64,000 bases of DNA from NCBI RefSeq assembly GCF_009914755.1, contig NC_060944.1. One strand, given 5' to 3'. This document shows, piece by piece, positions 1 to 17,192 of the stretch. The translations under genes were made by a program, and so were the position numbers. The stretch comes from the human T2T-CHM13v2.0 reference genome, Homo sapiens. The notes beneath the pieces are model-generated. The model was not told the DNA's origin, made no database searches, and saw nothing but the letters and a program-made list of their open reading frames with translations. Numbering within the stretch: the stretch's first letter is position 1; every line of letters starts with the position of its first letter.

Positions 1-830
<830 letters not shown>

Positions 831-1354
831 TATAGCTAAAGATTCAACACAGAGGTTTCTAGCAGAATTTGAGAAAGGCAGAGAAAGAATATGAAAATTG
901 GGAAAGGATTATCTATGTTATAACTTAGAATTAAATGAAGTCACACAGTGGCTCACGTCTATAATCCCATAGCACTTTGGGAGGTTGAGGTGGGTAGATC
1001 ATTTGAGGTCAGGAGTTCGAGAACAGCCTGACCAACATGATGAAACCCCATCTCTACTAAAAAAAAAAAATACAAAAAATTAGCCGGGCTTGGTGGTGTG
1101 TGTCTGTAATCCCAGATACTCAGGAGGCTGAGGCATGAGAATCACTTGAACCCAGGAGGCAGAGATTGCAGTAAGCCAAGACTGTGCCACTGCACTCCAG
1201 CCTGGCTGGCACAGTGAGACTGCGTCTCAAAAATAAATAAATAAATAAATAAATAAAATAAAAATTAAATGAAGTCAAATGATCTCAAAACAAGAGAAAA
1301 CTGATTCCAAAATTTAGAGCTTATATAACATTTAAAAACATCAAAGAGGTTTAC

Positions 1355-1488
1355 CTTAATTTAGCTGAACGTAGTATTCTGGTAAGTGAAACACAGTTGC
1401 CTTCCATGATACCCTTTCCAACCGTGGGAATAATGCTTTTGCGGCATGCAACATATAATGAACATGCCAACCAGTGTGTAACTTCTCC
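1355..1488 (-). CDS. RBL1: RBL1 coding exon 2, GEVTHWLACSLYVACRKSIIPTVGKGIMEGNCVSLTRILRSAKL
   Basis: Acceptor ttgccag|GGA at 1488, donor AG|gtaaac at 1354; 134 nt; continues exon 1 in frame; pocket-protein N-terminal motif WLACSLYVACR. The gene continues beyond the window start. Confidence 0.96.
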
Positions 1489-2075
1489 CTGGCAAGCAAA
1501 AGACAAACAGCAAAACAGGTATAATATTATGTTAAAATGCTTTAATTCTAGAAACAAGAGATGTAGAATTATCTGGTCTCAATTTTCCTTATGTAGATAA
1601 AGGGCCAGAGAAGTGAAGATATTTGCCCAAGGTCACAAAGCTGTTAGTTGCAGTAATGGGTATAAAACTCCTTACTCTTAGTTCTGTGTTTTTACAACTA
1701 TAACATGCTAAATTAATATTAATCTAAAGATAAAAGCCTGGCTTGGTGGCTCATGTTTGTAATCCCAGTAACTCGGGAGGCTGAGGTGCGAGTATCACTT
1801 GATGCCAGGAGTTTAAGACTAGCCAGGGCAACGTAGACTCTAAAAATGAAAATAAAAAAATTAGCCAGGCATGGTGGTGCTTGCCTGCAGTCCCAGCTAC
1901 TTGGGTGGCTGAGGCAAGAGTATCGCTTAAGCTCAGGAGTTCAAGACTGCAGTGAGCTATGTTTGTGCCACTACATTCCAACATAGGCAGCTGAGCGAGA
2001 TCCTGTCTCTTAAATCCTGTCTCTTAAAAAAAAAAAAAAGAAAAAAACTCTTTCACCTACACTCCAAATCTAATA

Positions 2076-2726
<651 letters not shown>

Positions 2727-2987
2727 AATTACCAGAAGAGTTTTATTAAAATTTGTCAGCATGACTTTCTTGATTTTAAGAAATGGCCTTGATGATCCTG
2801 AAGTTTCTATCGTTTTTGCTTTATGTTTCTCTTTAGTGTGGCAGGGAAAGGCAAGAACAGAGTAAAAAGTTGGCAAGGGAGTCACACATAAAAAATTAAT
2901 ATTAATCTTACGCAACATGAAGGAGACTGTCATTTTTGTAAGGTAAACATTTGGGGATTTACCCCAAAACATGTCATCTTTAAAATA

Positions 2988-3263
2988 CAGTCATATGCAT
3001 TGCTTAATGACAGGGATATATTCTGAGAAATGCAACATTAGGCAATTTTGTTGTGCAAACATAGCATAGCCTACTAAACCTAGGCTATATGGTATGCTTA
3101 TTGTTTCTAGGCTACAAACCTGTGGAGCATGTTACTATACTAAATACTGTTGGTAAATGTAACACAATAGTAATTATTTGTGTATCTAAACACAGAAAAC
3201 ATATAGTAAAAATAAAGTATGTGTGGTCCATCACTGACTGAAACATTCTGCAGCACACGACTG
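2988..3263 (+). mobile_element. Tigger3a/MER7-like DNA transposon
   Basis: TA|CAGTCA...GACTG|TA termini; GGGATATATTCTGAGAAATGC motif. Confidence 0.75.
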
Positions 3264-3503
3264 TAGTAAGCACGGCTCTTTATATTAGTAGATATCTCAA
3301 TTTACAATGCCACAAAAAGGTGACATTTGGGAATTCAACAATTTTCTGCATTAGACTTCAGACATCTCCAAGCTAGAATCACTTCATGACTTCACTGCTG
3401 AAATACAATAGCTGAAGTTTAAGGATTAAGAATTACGGATAGGCCGGTGCGGTGGCTCACGTCTGTAATCCTAGCACTTTGGGAGGCCGAGATGGGTGGA
3501 TCA

Positions 3504-3722
<219 letters not shown>

Positions 3723-4789
3723 TCAAAAAAAAAAACAAGAATTACAGATAAAGGCCAGGCACAGTGGCTCATGCTCGTAACCCCAGCACTTTGGGAGGCT
3801 GAGGCAGAGGATTGCTTGAGCTCAGGAGTTCAAGATCAGCCTAGGAAACATAGTGAGACCCCCGTCTGTACAAAAAAGGAAAAAATTAGCCGGGTATGTG
3901 GCACGTCTGTAGTTAGAGCTACCTGGGGAACTGAGATGGGAGGATCATTTGAGTCCAGAAGGTTAAGGCTGCAGTGAGCTGTGACTGACCCACTGGACTC
4001 CAGCAAGGGTGAAAGAACGAGACTCTATCTCAAAAAAAAAAAAAAAAAGAATTACAGATGTAAATCTGATAGCACAACACAATAGTGTTCTTATACACTG
4101 TTCCACAGACTGTCTTTAAGACCAAACCCTAGAAGGATAAAAAGATTGATAAAAAGATTTCTTGCAATAATCTAAAAGGGGTGGGTAGAAATGGGTGGCC
4201 ATCAATAAACCCAATGTTCCTACCCTGAAGGAATGAGAAGTCTTTTCTCAAAGCACTAAATGAGGCAGGTAAGCTTAAAGATGAATATTTTTACAAGCTT
4301 TGATTAATGAATTGCTTGGGAATAGGGTCTGGTCATGGTGGCTTACGCATGTAATTCCAGCACTTTGGGAAGCTGATGTGGGTGGACTGCTTGAGTTCAG
4401 GGGTTCGAGACTAGCTTGGGTAACACAGCAAAACCCTATCTCTACAAAATACAAAAAAATTAGCAGGACGTGGTGGTATGCGCCTGTAGTCCCAGCTACT
4501 CTGGAGGCTGAGATGGGAGAAGTGCCTGAGGCCCTTTTTTTGTCTCAAAAAAGAAAAAGAGAAAGAGTTGTTTGGGATTAGCATCCAAGTATTATAGAGC
4601 CTTTGGATACAGGCTACTAAATGAAAATTCTAGCAAGATGGTGAAAATATAAGTCCTAAAATTATTGTTTCGATTTTTTTAAAGACATTAAAGAATACAC
4701 TGATTTTTATTTTACTTTTTAAAACAGGGTCTCACTCTGTTGCCCCAGGCTGGAGTGCAGTGGTACAATCAGGGCCACTGCAGTCTTGA

Positions 4790-5224
<435 letters not shown>

Positions 5225-6922
5225 TGATAAAATCCTATTTCATAAAAATTCTATGAATTCTATGATATCAGAAACCATTTTTTGCATTTCTAAGGCCTAC
5301 TTGCCAGGCCTTAGAAATACAAAAAATGTTTTCTGATCTCACAGAACTTCACATCTGGAGCTAAGAAGAGGAACAGATACTATCATTTATAATTGGTGAG
5401 ATATACAAGCTATAAGAAGAACTGAAGATAAAGTGTTGTAGGAGAATATAGTGCAGTGAATAACTGATTTTGACTACAGTTTAGGGAAGGCCTCACAAAA
5501 GGAGACAAAATTTGTAAATCAATAAAAATGTAAGCAGGAGTTTGTCAGGTAGACTAGAGAGGGGTAGGGATTGGAGAAAGACTTCTTAGGAAGCATGAGA
5601 TATATGAAAATGACTACTCCAAATACCTTTAAAAAATTGATTTTAAAAAAAGAGGAAAATAAACACTGGATAGAATAAACACAAAATTTCAGTTCATACA
5701 TTTGTGCTTTCTAAAGCAAGCATTGGGCTGGGCTCGGTGGCTCATGCTTGTAATCCCAATGCTCTGGGAGGCTGCGGCAGAAAAATCACTTGAGGCCAGT
5801 TCAAGACCAGCTTGGGCAACACAGTCAGATACTATCTCCACAAAAAATTGAAAAATTAGCTGAGCACCGTGGTGCATGCCTATAGTCCCAGCTACTGGGG
5901 AGGCTGAAGCAGGAACATCACTTGAGCACAGAAGTTTGAGTTTACAGTGAGCTATAATTGCACCACTGCATTCCAGGCCTGGTCAAAAGAGCAAGACCCT
6001 GTTTCTTTCCATTTTTTTTTTTTTTTTGAGATGGAGTTACACTCTTGTGCAGGGTGGAGTGCAATGGCGTGATCTTGGCTCACTGCAACCTCTACCTCCT
6101 GGTTTCAAGAGATTCTCCTGCCTCAGCCTCCTGAGTAGCTGGGATTACAAGTGCACGTCACCATGCTCAGCTAATTTTATATTTTTAGTAGAGACGGGGT
6201 TTCACCATGCTGGCCAGGCTGGTCTTGGACCCCTGACCTAAGGTGATCTGCCCACCTCAGCCTCCCAAAGTGGTGGGATTACAGGTGTGAGCCACCGTGC
6301 GCCCGGCCAAGACCCTGTTTCTAAGGAAGAAAAAAAGAAAGAAAAAATAAATAAGTAGAGCAAACATTGAAGATGTCCTATTCAACTCTGCCTAACTAGA
6401 GATTTAGCTCTCAACTTTTCCTGGTGTTGGGGGTGAGGGGAAATATTCCAGGCAGAGGGAATGGCATGGATATACCACAAAACTGGGAACAAACTTGTCA
6501 TATTCAAGAATCTGAAACAGGTGCATGCCTTGACCATAGTTTGACACAGTAAATGCTTATTCAATGACAGATGGTGTGACCTTGGGCAAGAGAGACCAAA
6601 TCAGACCTAGGATGTCAGAAATGCTTTCTCAGGCTTTCAAAAATCAATCTGTTTTCAATTGAGACGCCATTCATTCTAATCTCCCTTACTTTCTTATTCT
6701 TCCCACAGCTCTCCAGTCATGCCACCCACGGATGTGGACCATTGTCCTTTACCCAGTCTATCCAGTTCTGAAGACACTTTTTTCAGGTACTATTCCTTCA
6801 TATATAGGCACACATACAATCGACACTTTTCCAACTCTATGCCTTTGAACCCAGCAATTATTTCACTGGGTGGTGAGTCAGTGGTGCACCCTGGGAGTGG
6901 GTCCAGCGCCCTTGGCACATGA

Positions 6923-7316
<394 letters not shown>

Positions 7317-8138
7317 TAGAATAATCCTAGGCAAGACAACCTTCTGAGCCTTGCCATTATCACCTGGAAAGCAGTCTAATACTCATTGCCATGCCATGTT
7401 CACAGGGCTGTTGCGAGGATAAAATGCAAGAATGATGGGGAAAAAAATCAAGTAATTATAACTGACATTTGTTTTATTCAGAGCCAGACACTGATGCAAA
7501 GCATCAGGACGATGCTCTGACGGAGGAGGAAACGTAGGGCTGAGATCAGCTTCGTGTGCACATTGGCTTTGATCAAACTGCTGCACAGCGACCGGCAGCT
7601 CCACCCTGGTGAAGCAGAGGGTGGAGGTTAAACGGCTCAGACCCTGGGTCTGGCTCCATCTCTAACCGTGTGACCTTGGGCCTGTAGCTTAACCCGTCTA
7701 GGGCTCCGCTTCCTCTTGCGTGAAATGGGGATCACAGAAGGGGTTCAGACGGAACTGAGGGTCCATTTAAAGCTCTGGGCAGTGATGTCTTGGCATGCAG
7801 TTCATTTTCACTTTACCATTATATTTGTTCTTACTGATTTAAGGGCAGCACCATGACTTTTGTGGCGCTTGGCGGGGTAGAGGGAAGTGTGGTCAGGAAG
7901 CCTGGGGTCTGAGCGGCGCGGGACCTAGGCCGCTCCTTTCCTGAGCTTCAGTTTCCCGCCTCAAAATGATGGGTGGATTGGCTGAGCTACACCCACCTTT
8001 CCCGCCCCTCGGCGCTTGGCTGCGCAGCGACCCTCCTAGGTGGGGAAACTCCCACCACCCCATAGGCCGAGGAAGGGGCGGGGCAGGGGTGGGGCCTGGC
8101 GAGGGTAGGGTCCGGCCGCCCCACCTGCTGCCGCTCAC

Positions 8139-8294
8139 CTCTAGGCTGTAGTTGCCTCGGATGGCAGTAAAGTCGTCCAGGGCTTCGGCCGCGCTCCCCT
8201 CGTCCAGGTTCAGCTCCTGGCACAGGGCCTGTAGCGCCTCCCCGGCTGCGGCGACCACCGCCGCCCCCTCAGCGTGGGGCTTGTCCTCGAACAT
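8139..8294 (-). CDS. RBL1: RBL1 (p107) coding exon 1, MFEDKPHAEG...IRGNYSLE (52 aa)
   Basis: ATG at 8294-8292; translation matches the recognised p107 N-terminus; ends at donor GAG|gtgagc (8138), phase 0; lies in a CpG island. Confidence 0.97.
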
Positions 8295-8371
8295 CCCTTC
8301 AGGCCCCGCGGGCTGCGCGCCACGGCCCCCGACTTCTTTCTCCCTCCCAGGCGCGCTACCCACAACCACCT

Positions 8372-8390
8372 GCGCCAAAGCGCGCGAAAA
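8372..8390 (-). promoter_or_regulatory. RBL1: Tandem E2F binding sites (TTTCGCGC and TTTGGCGC)
   Basis: Minus strand reads TTTTCGCGCGCTTTGGCGC about 80-95 nt upstream of the ATG; two matches to TTTSSCGC; p107 is an established E2F target through tandem sites. Confidence 0.92.
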
Positions 8391-9017
8391 TCTGCAGCTG
8401 CGGGACGTGTTGTCATCCACCGTCTGCCTCCGCTTTTCTCCTCAAAAAAAGTCCGTTTTTCCTCCGGAGCTCCTAGCAGTCCCTCCCCGGAAATGTGATA
8501 AGAAGATGTACCTCAGATTCTGAAAGACCTGTCCTTGGCCCTTGGCTGGTCGCGGGGGGCCCAGCCGGCGGGACAGAAAAAGAGCGGAGGGATCCTCAGC
8601 CCGCGCGCAGAGCCTGCTGGGAGGTGTAGTCCATCTCTTGGGAGATGAAGCCCGCGGCCTCCCCCTGTCTTCCTGGTTAGGCTCTTGGGTTTTGGGGCAG
8701 GGCTGGGCTGCCTACTGCGAGGTGGCCTCGTGCAGCGTAGTGAGATGCCTCCTCTATCCACGGGCCCTGGGTTTGTCACTGTCCCTGGGCGCCAAACATA
8801 ATCTGAGCTGTACCCCTTGAGTTAGGAGATGGAGGCTGGAAGAGAAAAAAGTAGCCCCTGGACGAAGAGGGGCCTCTTGGGACTCTCCCCAAAGTCCTAG
8901 TGCCCAGTGAGTGGTTCGCTAAATGACAGAGGGGAAGGATTGGTGACGGATATTAGAAGACGAATCCTCATCTCATGCTAGTCGCTAAAAGAGGCAGGCA
9001 GAGAAGACTGCAGTAAA

Positions 9018-9567
9018 TGAGGCAGGAGAATAGGGTCTGGAGGCAGGGAACCTATGGCTGTTTCACGTGACTTCTTAGAACTAAATTGAAAGGAAAACCC
9101 CAACTTTCCACGCCTAAGTAACAAAAGAACCAGAGGCTGTTCCCTTGGACCTTTTCTGCATGGCAGATGGGAAATTGGCTGTCTGCAACAAATCACACTG
9201 AGCGCCTTCCAGTCTTTGTTTGCAACTTTGTAACTTCACTCCAGCCTCTGAACGGTTGCTGTCCACAACCAATCAGACTGATGGCGGGAGAGTCTTCCTT
9301 TGCATAGAAGTATAATTTTGTTAACTTCACCCTGGCCTCTGATTGGTTGCTTTCTGCAACCACTCAGACTGATTGTGGGCTACCACTTCAGTTACATCAA
9401 GAGAGCATAAAGTGGCCAATGGGAAACTTCTAGAGGGTATTTGGACCCCAGAAGATTCTGTGTCTGGGCCCTTGAGCTGCTGCGTGGGTTCGCTTCCCCA
9501 CTATGGAGTGTACTTTTGTTTTCAATAAATCCCTGTCTTCGTTCTTTTGTTGTTCCATTATTTGCTT
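9018..9567 (+). mobile_element. ERV1 LTR, MER51-like, 3' end interrupted or truncated by an Alu
   Basis: Starts TGAGGCAGGAGAATAGGGTCTGGAGGCAGGGAACC; repeated CCAATCAGACTGA-type units; AATAAA at 9524-9529. Confidence 0.75.
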
Positions 9568-10073
9568 TGCCTGTAATCCCAGTACTTTGGGAGGCCGAGG
9601 CAGGTGGATCACTTGAGTCCAGGAGTTTGAGACCAGTCAGGCCAACAAGGCAAAACCCCGTCACTACTAAAAATATAAAAATTAGCTGGGCGTGTGGGTG
9701 CACTTGTGTAATCCTAACAACCTGGGCAACTGAGACATGAGAATAAAGAATCGCTTGAACCGAGGAGGCAGAGGCTGTAGTAAGCCAAGATTGCACCACT
9801 GCACTCCAGTCTGGGTAACAGAGTGAGACTCTGTCTCAAAAACAAACAACTGAGGACACATCTGTCAAACCCAGCCTCACCTGCATGCATTTAAAAAAAC
9901 CAAAAATCAATATGCCCTTCCTTATATTGGTTTTATTTTTTCTTATTATCCCAGGACATGCCCATTTAACCCAAAATTGAGCTTTTCTGAATAGAAAATG
10001 AAGTATGGAAGGCTGGTTGCAGTGGCTCACACCTGTAATCCCAGCACTTTGGGAGGCTGAGGCAGGCGGGTCA

Positions 10074-10331
<258 letters not shown>

Positions 10332-10736
10332 TTACTCTGCCCTTCAGTTTTGAGCCAGATACACATGAAGGTTGTTTCTATTTTGATCCCATTGTGTGAT
10401 AGCCTCTATGATTAGCCTCCCTGTTGTGGTTTAATATTTCAGAGTTCTCCCAAAGCATGTGGTTGGAACCTGATTATGACCTTTAGGGATTCCAAGACTA
10501 AAAAGATTATAGTGTGTACCCTTCCAAATGTAATTCAAAATATATGCAATTCTAAATCACAAAATAAGTGTAAGAAAGTACAAGAAAGTTCTAACTAATT
10601 TTCCCAAGATGTCTCATTTTGAAATTCTTAAATTTTTTTTTCTTTTTTTGTCCTCCAGCTTTGCTATGCCCTAAGCAGAAAATCAGTCTGCACTTGCCCC
10701 TCTCAGGACAAACTGCTTGTCTAACCTTCTATTTAA

Positions 10737-11148
<412 letters not shown>

Positions 11149-11257
11149 TAAAGTGGTGATCTTTAAGCTGGTTCTGCACTGTGGAAGTAGTGCATTACAA
11201 AGATTAATAAAGCCTCTCTACCCACAGAAGGGGGAAAGGATTTGCATACAATCTTAG

Positions 11258-11555
<298 letters not shown>

Positions 11556-12015
11556 TGATCCCACCCGCCTCGGCCTCCCAAAGTGCTGGGATTACAGGCG
11601 TGAACCACTGTGCCCGGCCCCAACCTTTCTAATAGGAAAAATATATATACAAGTTTAAACCGGTATAAAACCATATTTTAATCTATTCAATTGTCAAAAA
11701 TCCAAAAGTTTGAAAATGTTCTAGTGACTCCCCATTTCTTTCAGGGTTAAGCCAAGCTCCTTGTCCTGGCCTACAAGGCACTAAGGGTCTGGTGGTCCCC
11801 TGTCTAACTCTGCCTTCATTTGCTACTCTCTCCTTTCTCACCCTACCGTAGTCATACTTGTGATTCCTTTTGGCTACCTTTTTTTCCTTTAATTTTGAAA
11901 AATGCAAACTCAATTTTTTATGTAGTTGTTAACCCCAATGTTTAAAAAAAGTAAAGCATTTCATCCAAATTACTAACTAAAAGATAATAGCTAAGAATAC
12001 CTGAACCAGATATCA

Positions 12016-12348
<333 letters not shown>

Positions 12349-13594
12349 TTAGATACTTCCATTCTTCACCTGCCAGTTTTTCCATTTCCTTTCTTCTTTC
12401 CCATATCACCTCCAAGATGTCCCTCCATTGCCCTAGATAGCTCAGCTCTGGCTCTCTGTGTATATTCTTCAACCAAACAAGAGCCTGAGAATCAGATTGA
12501 TGGTGACTATTTCTAATTAGTCCAAATTAGTCCAGTGTGCCTCTTGGGGGCCTCCCACAATTCCACATGCAGCTTATAAAAGTGGTTGCCCAACACAAAC
12601 TAATCTCTTTTCCCAGAAAATTTCTGCTTGTAAGAAATTTTTCTCCATTTATGCTTAAAGCAGACAGTGGGTACTCAACAAATAATAGTTCCTATCCTAG
12701 AGCCATTTGAGGATCTGACATCGGTTATAGGAGAGGGAATTATGAAAATGGAAAAAAGGGAGAAGGAGTGGAAAACTTGGATATATTGGGATAAATTTAC
12801 CATTACACCAATTCAGAAGTTTTTTTCTTGCTTGGAGGTTTTTTCTTTTTCTTTTTTTTCAGACGGAGTCTCGCACTGTTGCCCGGGCTGGAGTGTAGTG
12901 GTGTGATCTCGGCTCACTGCAACCTCCACCTCCTGGGTTCAAGTGATTCTTCTGCCTCAGCCTCCTGAGTAGGTGAGACTACAGGCACATGACACCATGC
13001 CCGGGTATTTGCATTTTTAGTAGAGACAGGGTTTCACTATGTTGGTCAGGTTGGTCTCAAACTCCTGACCTCATGATCTGCCTGCCTCAGCCTCTCAAAG
13101 TGCTGGGATTATAGGCATGAGCCACCGCACCCGGCCGCTTGGAGGTTTTTAAGGGAAAGGAAAAGGAAGAAGACAGGGCCAAAAAGGATTTCACAAAAAT
13201 ACATCATTAAATATGAAACTATAAGAATGGATTGTTGGCCAGGCATGGTAGCTCACGTCTGTAATCCCAGCACTTGGGAGGCCAAGGTGGGCAGATTACT
13301 TAAACTCAGGAGTTTGAGACTATCCTCGGCAACATGGCAAAACTCCATCTTTACCAAAAATACAAAAAATTAGCTGGGCATGGTGGCGCACACCTGTAGT
13401 CCCAGCTACTTGGGAGGCTCAGTGGGGAGGATCACTTAAGCCCAGGAGGCCGAGGTTGCAGTGAGCCATCATCGTGCCACTGCACTCCAGCCTGGGTGAA
13501 TGAGTGAGACACTATCTCAAAAAAAAAAAAAAAGTTACTTTATTCTTAATATTGTTGGCAATTAAGCAGACATACTAACATTGTAACATTAACA

Positions 13595-13600
13595 TTTATT
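13595..13600 (-). terminator. MROH8: Candidate MROH8 polyadenylation signal AATAAA
   Basis: tttatt on the + strand in a short unique stretch between Alus, downstream of the final donor; usage is inferred. Confidence 0.5.
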
Positions 13601-14429
13601 TAGAATCTCTTTTGAAGCTGTCCTTGACCTGTTTCTCAAGACTGGAATTCTGCTGGGTGCCGTGGTGCATGCTTGTAATCCCAGCACTTTGGGAGGCTGA
13701 CACAGGAGGATGACTTGAGGCCATGAGTTCAAGACTAGCTTGCCGCACAACATAGCAAGATTCTGTCTCTACAAAAATAAAAAAAAAATTAGCTTATTCA
13801 TCTCTAGCTGTCAGTCCCTGGTGTGAGTCCAGTACAAGGGGGAGGAAGAGGAATTAACAATCACTAAATATGTACTCTGTGCTCAATCTGTGTAATGCCT
13901 CTTACATACACTCTTTCATTTACTCCTTCCAACAAGCCTTTAGTTAGAAAACGCTATCTCCATTTTTTACATGAACCTGCAGATGAGAAATTAATTTTTT
14001 TTTAATGTTTCCAGAAAGTCAGCTATAATGCTGGCATTTGATCCCAGATGTGCACACTCCAAACTTCATAATATTTCCACTGTATTATTTTGCCTATTCC
14101 AAATATAGCTCTATTTGCAGAGCGAATAATTGTGCTGATATTTGGTGAGATAGCATGTGCAATAGAAAATCCAGTTTATTATTTAAATGGAGGCAGAAGA
14201 TGTAGATATAGGCAAATCGTAACATCACCTATGTTAGCTCTTGTTTCTGTTTTGCCTTTCCCATTTGACAAAGAACTGTTTGTAGCAGTTAAGGGCTATT
14301 TTATTTTCTGAGATGGAGAGAACAGCATGAAGGGCATACCATTAGTAGGTACGGTTGTGTGTACCTGTAGTTCCAGCTACTTAGTAGGCTGAGGCAGGAA
14401 GCCAGGACTTTAAGGTTAGTGAGTTATGA

Positions 14430-14749
<320 letters not shown>

Positions 14750-15036
14750 TGATCTGCCTGCCTTGGCGCCAAAGTGCTGGGATTATAGGCATGAGGCACC
14801 ATGCCCGGCCAAAAACTCTATAGATTTTTAAATTATATCTGCAATTTTAAACTAAGAACTGCCCTCCTCTATATCTTAAGGTTTTGAAAGCAAAAGACAT
14901 GTTGGAGGTAATTAAATGGGTAGAGGTGGCTTCATGCTGGCATTGTTTTAAGTCTGAAAAAAGTGGGGCTGGCATCAGTGGCCTCTGTGGCTTCTGAAAG
15001 GATTGGTTTTTACCTGATGTTGCTTGCCTTGTGTTT

Positions 15037-15185
15037 CTAGGCAGAGGACCTGCCCATGAGCTTCTGCAACCAGTTCACTCTCTGCTTAGGTTTTGGTTCG
15101 GCCCTCGCCATCTGGACTAGTAACAGAGTCTGGGAAGCGATGATGCACAGCGAGGGCTCAGGGTCACACAGCAGGTCTCTCAGAT
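15037..15185 (-). CDS. MROH8: MROH8 last coding exon, (D)LRDLLCDPEPSLCIIASQTLLLVQMARAEPKPKQRVNWLQKLMGRSSA*
   Basis: Not in the ORF track; ctag| acceptor at 15186, phase 1; LxDLLxDPxP HEAT-end motif; TAG at 15039-15037; downstream donor CAG|gtaaaa at 15013. Confidence 0.87.
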
Positions 15186-15601
15186 CTAGCGGTAGGCAAA
15201 CACAGGTTGGAGGTAAAAGCCCCTGAGATCTGTGGAAATGAATGAAGGTCTAGATAGCAAAAAGCTTACATGCCCATAGCAGCTTAGATTACGGTCCAAC
15301 TGTCTAAAAGTTTATATATCAGTGAATTGTTTCCAATTTTGATCTACAAAACCTACCGGTTTCTGAGTTGCCAAACATGTCACTCCTCTGCAATAATCAC
15401 ATTCCAAGTAGTCTTTCTAAAGTCGAATGATCTGGACCTCCCAAGCCATGTCTAATGTTAACATCTAAGTTCCCGTGTTGGTCCTAGAAGTAACTCTTAC
15501 ATCATTATCTTCTTTTAATTAAAAAAAAAAAACTTTTAGTTTTTAATATTTTCTTTCTTTTCTTTTTCTTTTTCTTTCTTTTTTTTTTTTTTTTGAGATG
15601 A

Positions 15602-15871
<270 letters not shown>

Positions 15872-16281
15872 TAGCAGTTTTTATGTTTTCTTATTGCAAA
15901 AGAAATACATGTTCATTGTGCAGAACATTTAGACATTACATGTAAGCACAAGAAGAAAAGTCACCCATAATCCTAACATCTAGCGATAACTATTGTTATT
16001 TTCAATATATATCTTTCTGGTCTTCTTTCCATACATTTATATTTACATATATATGCTTTTATTTTTTGTCCAAATGGAACCATATGACCGAGGAATTGCA
16101 AATGCTGGTTTTATTTAATGATACCACATCATCATTTATCTGAGTCACTTAAAAATTATTCTAGGCCAGGCGCACTAGCTCATGCCTGTAGTTGCAGCAC
16201 TTTGGGAAGACGAGGGAGGTGGATCATTTGAGCCTAGGAGTTCAAAACCAGCCTGGGCAACATGGCAAAACCCTATGCCTA

Positions 16282-16488
<207 letters not shown>

Positions 16489-16511
16489 CTATAATATGTT
16501 TCTTGGCTATT

Positions 16512-17192
<681 letters not shown>

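Larger units (their letters stand above)
7860..8800. promoter_or_regulatory. RBL1: CpG island / RBL1 promoter
   Basis: GC- and CpG-rich stretch spanning exon 1; ETS-like CCGGAAAT at 8487-8494; GC box near 8075-8084. Boundaries approximate. Confidence 0.9.

Noticed and set aside
7893-8138. C-terminal part of the 175-aa ORF
   Set aside because: Read-through of RBL1 exon 1 into GC-rich intron 1 past a consensus donor.
8152-8820. Plus-strand ORFs antisense or divergent to RBL1
   Set aside because: Expected stop-poor frames in a CpG island; no recognisable protein features.
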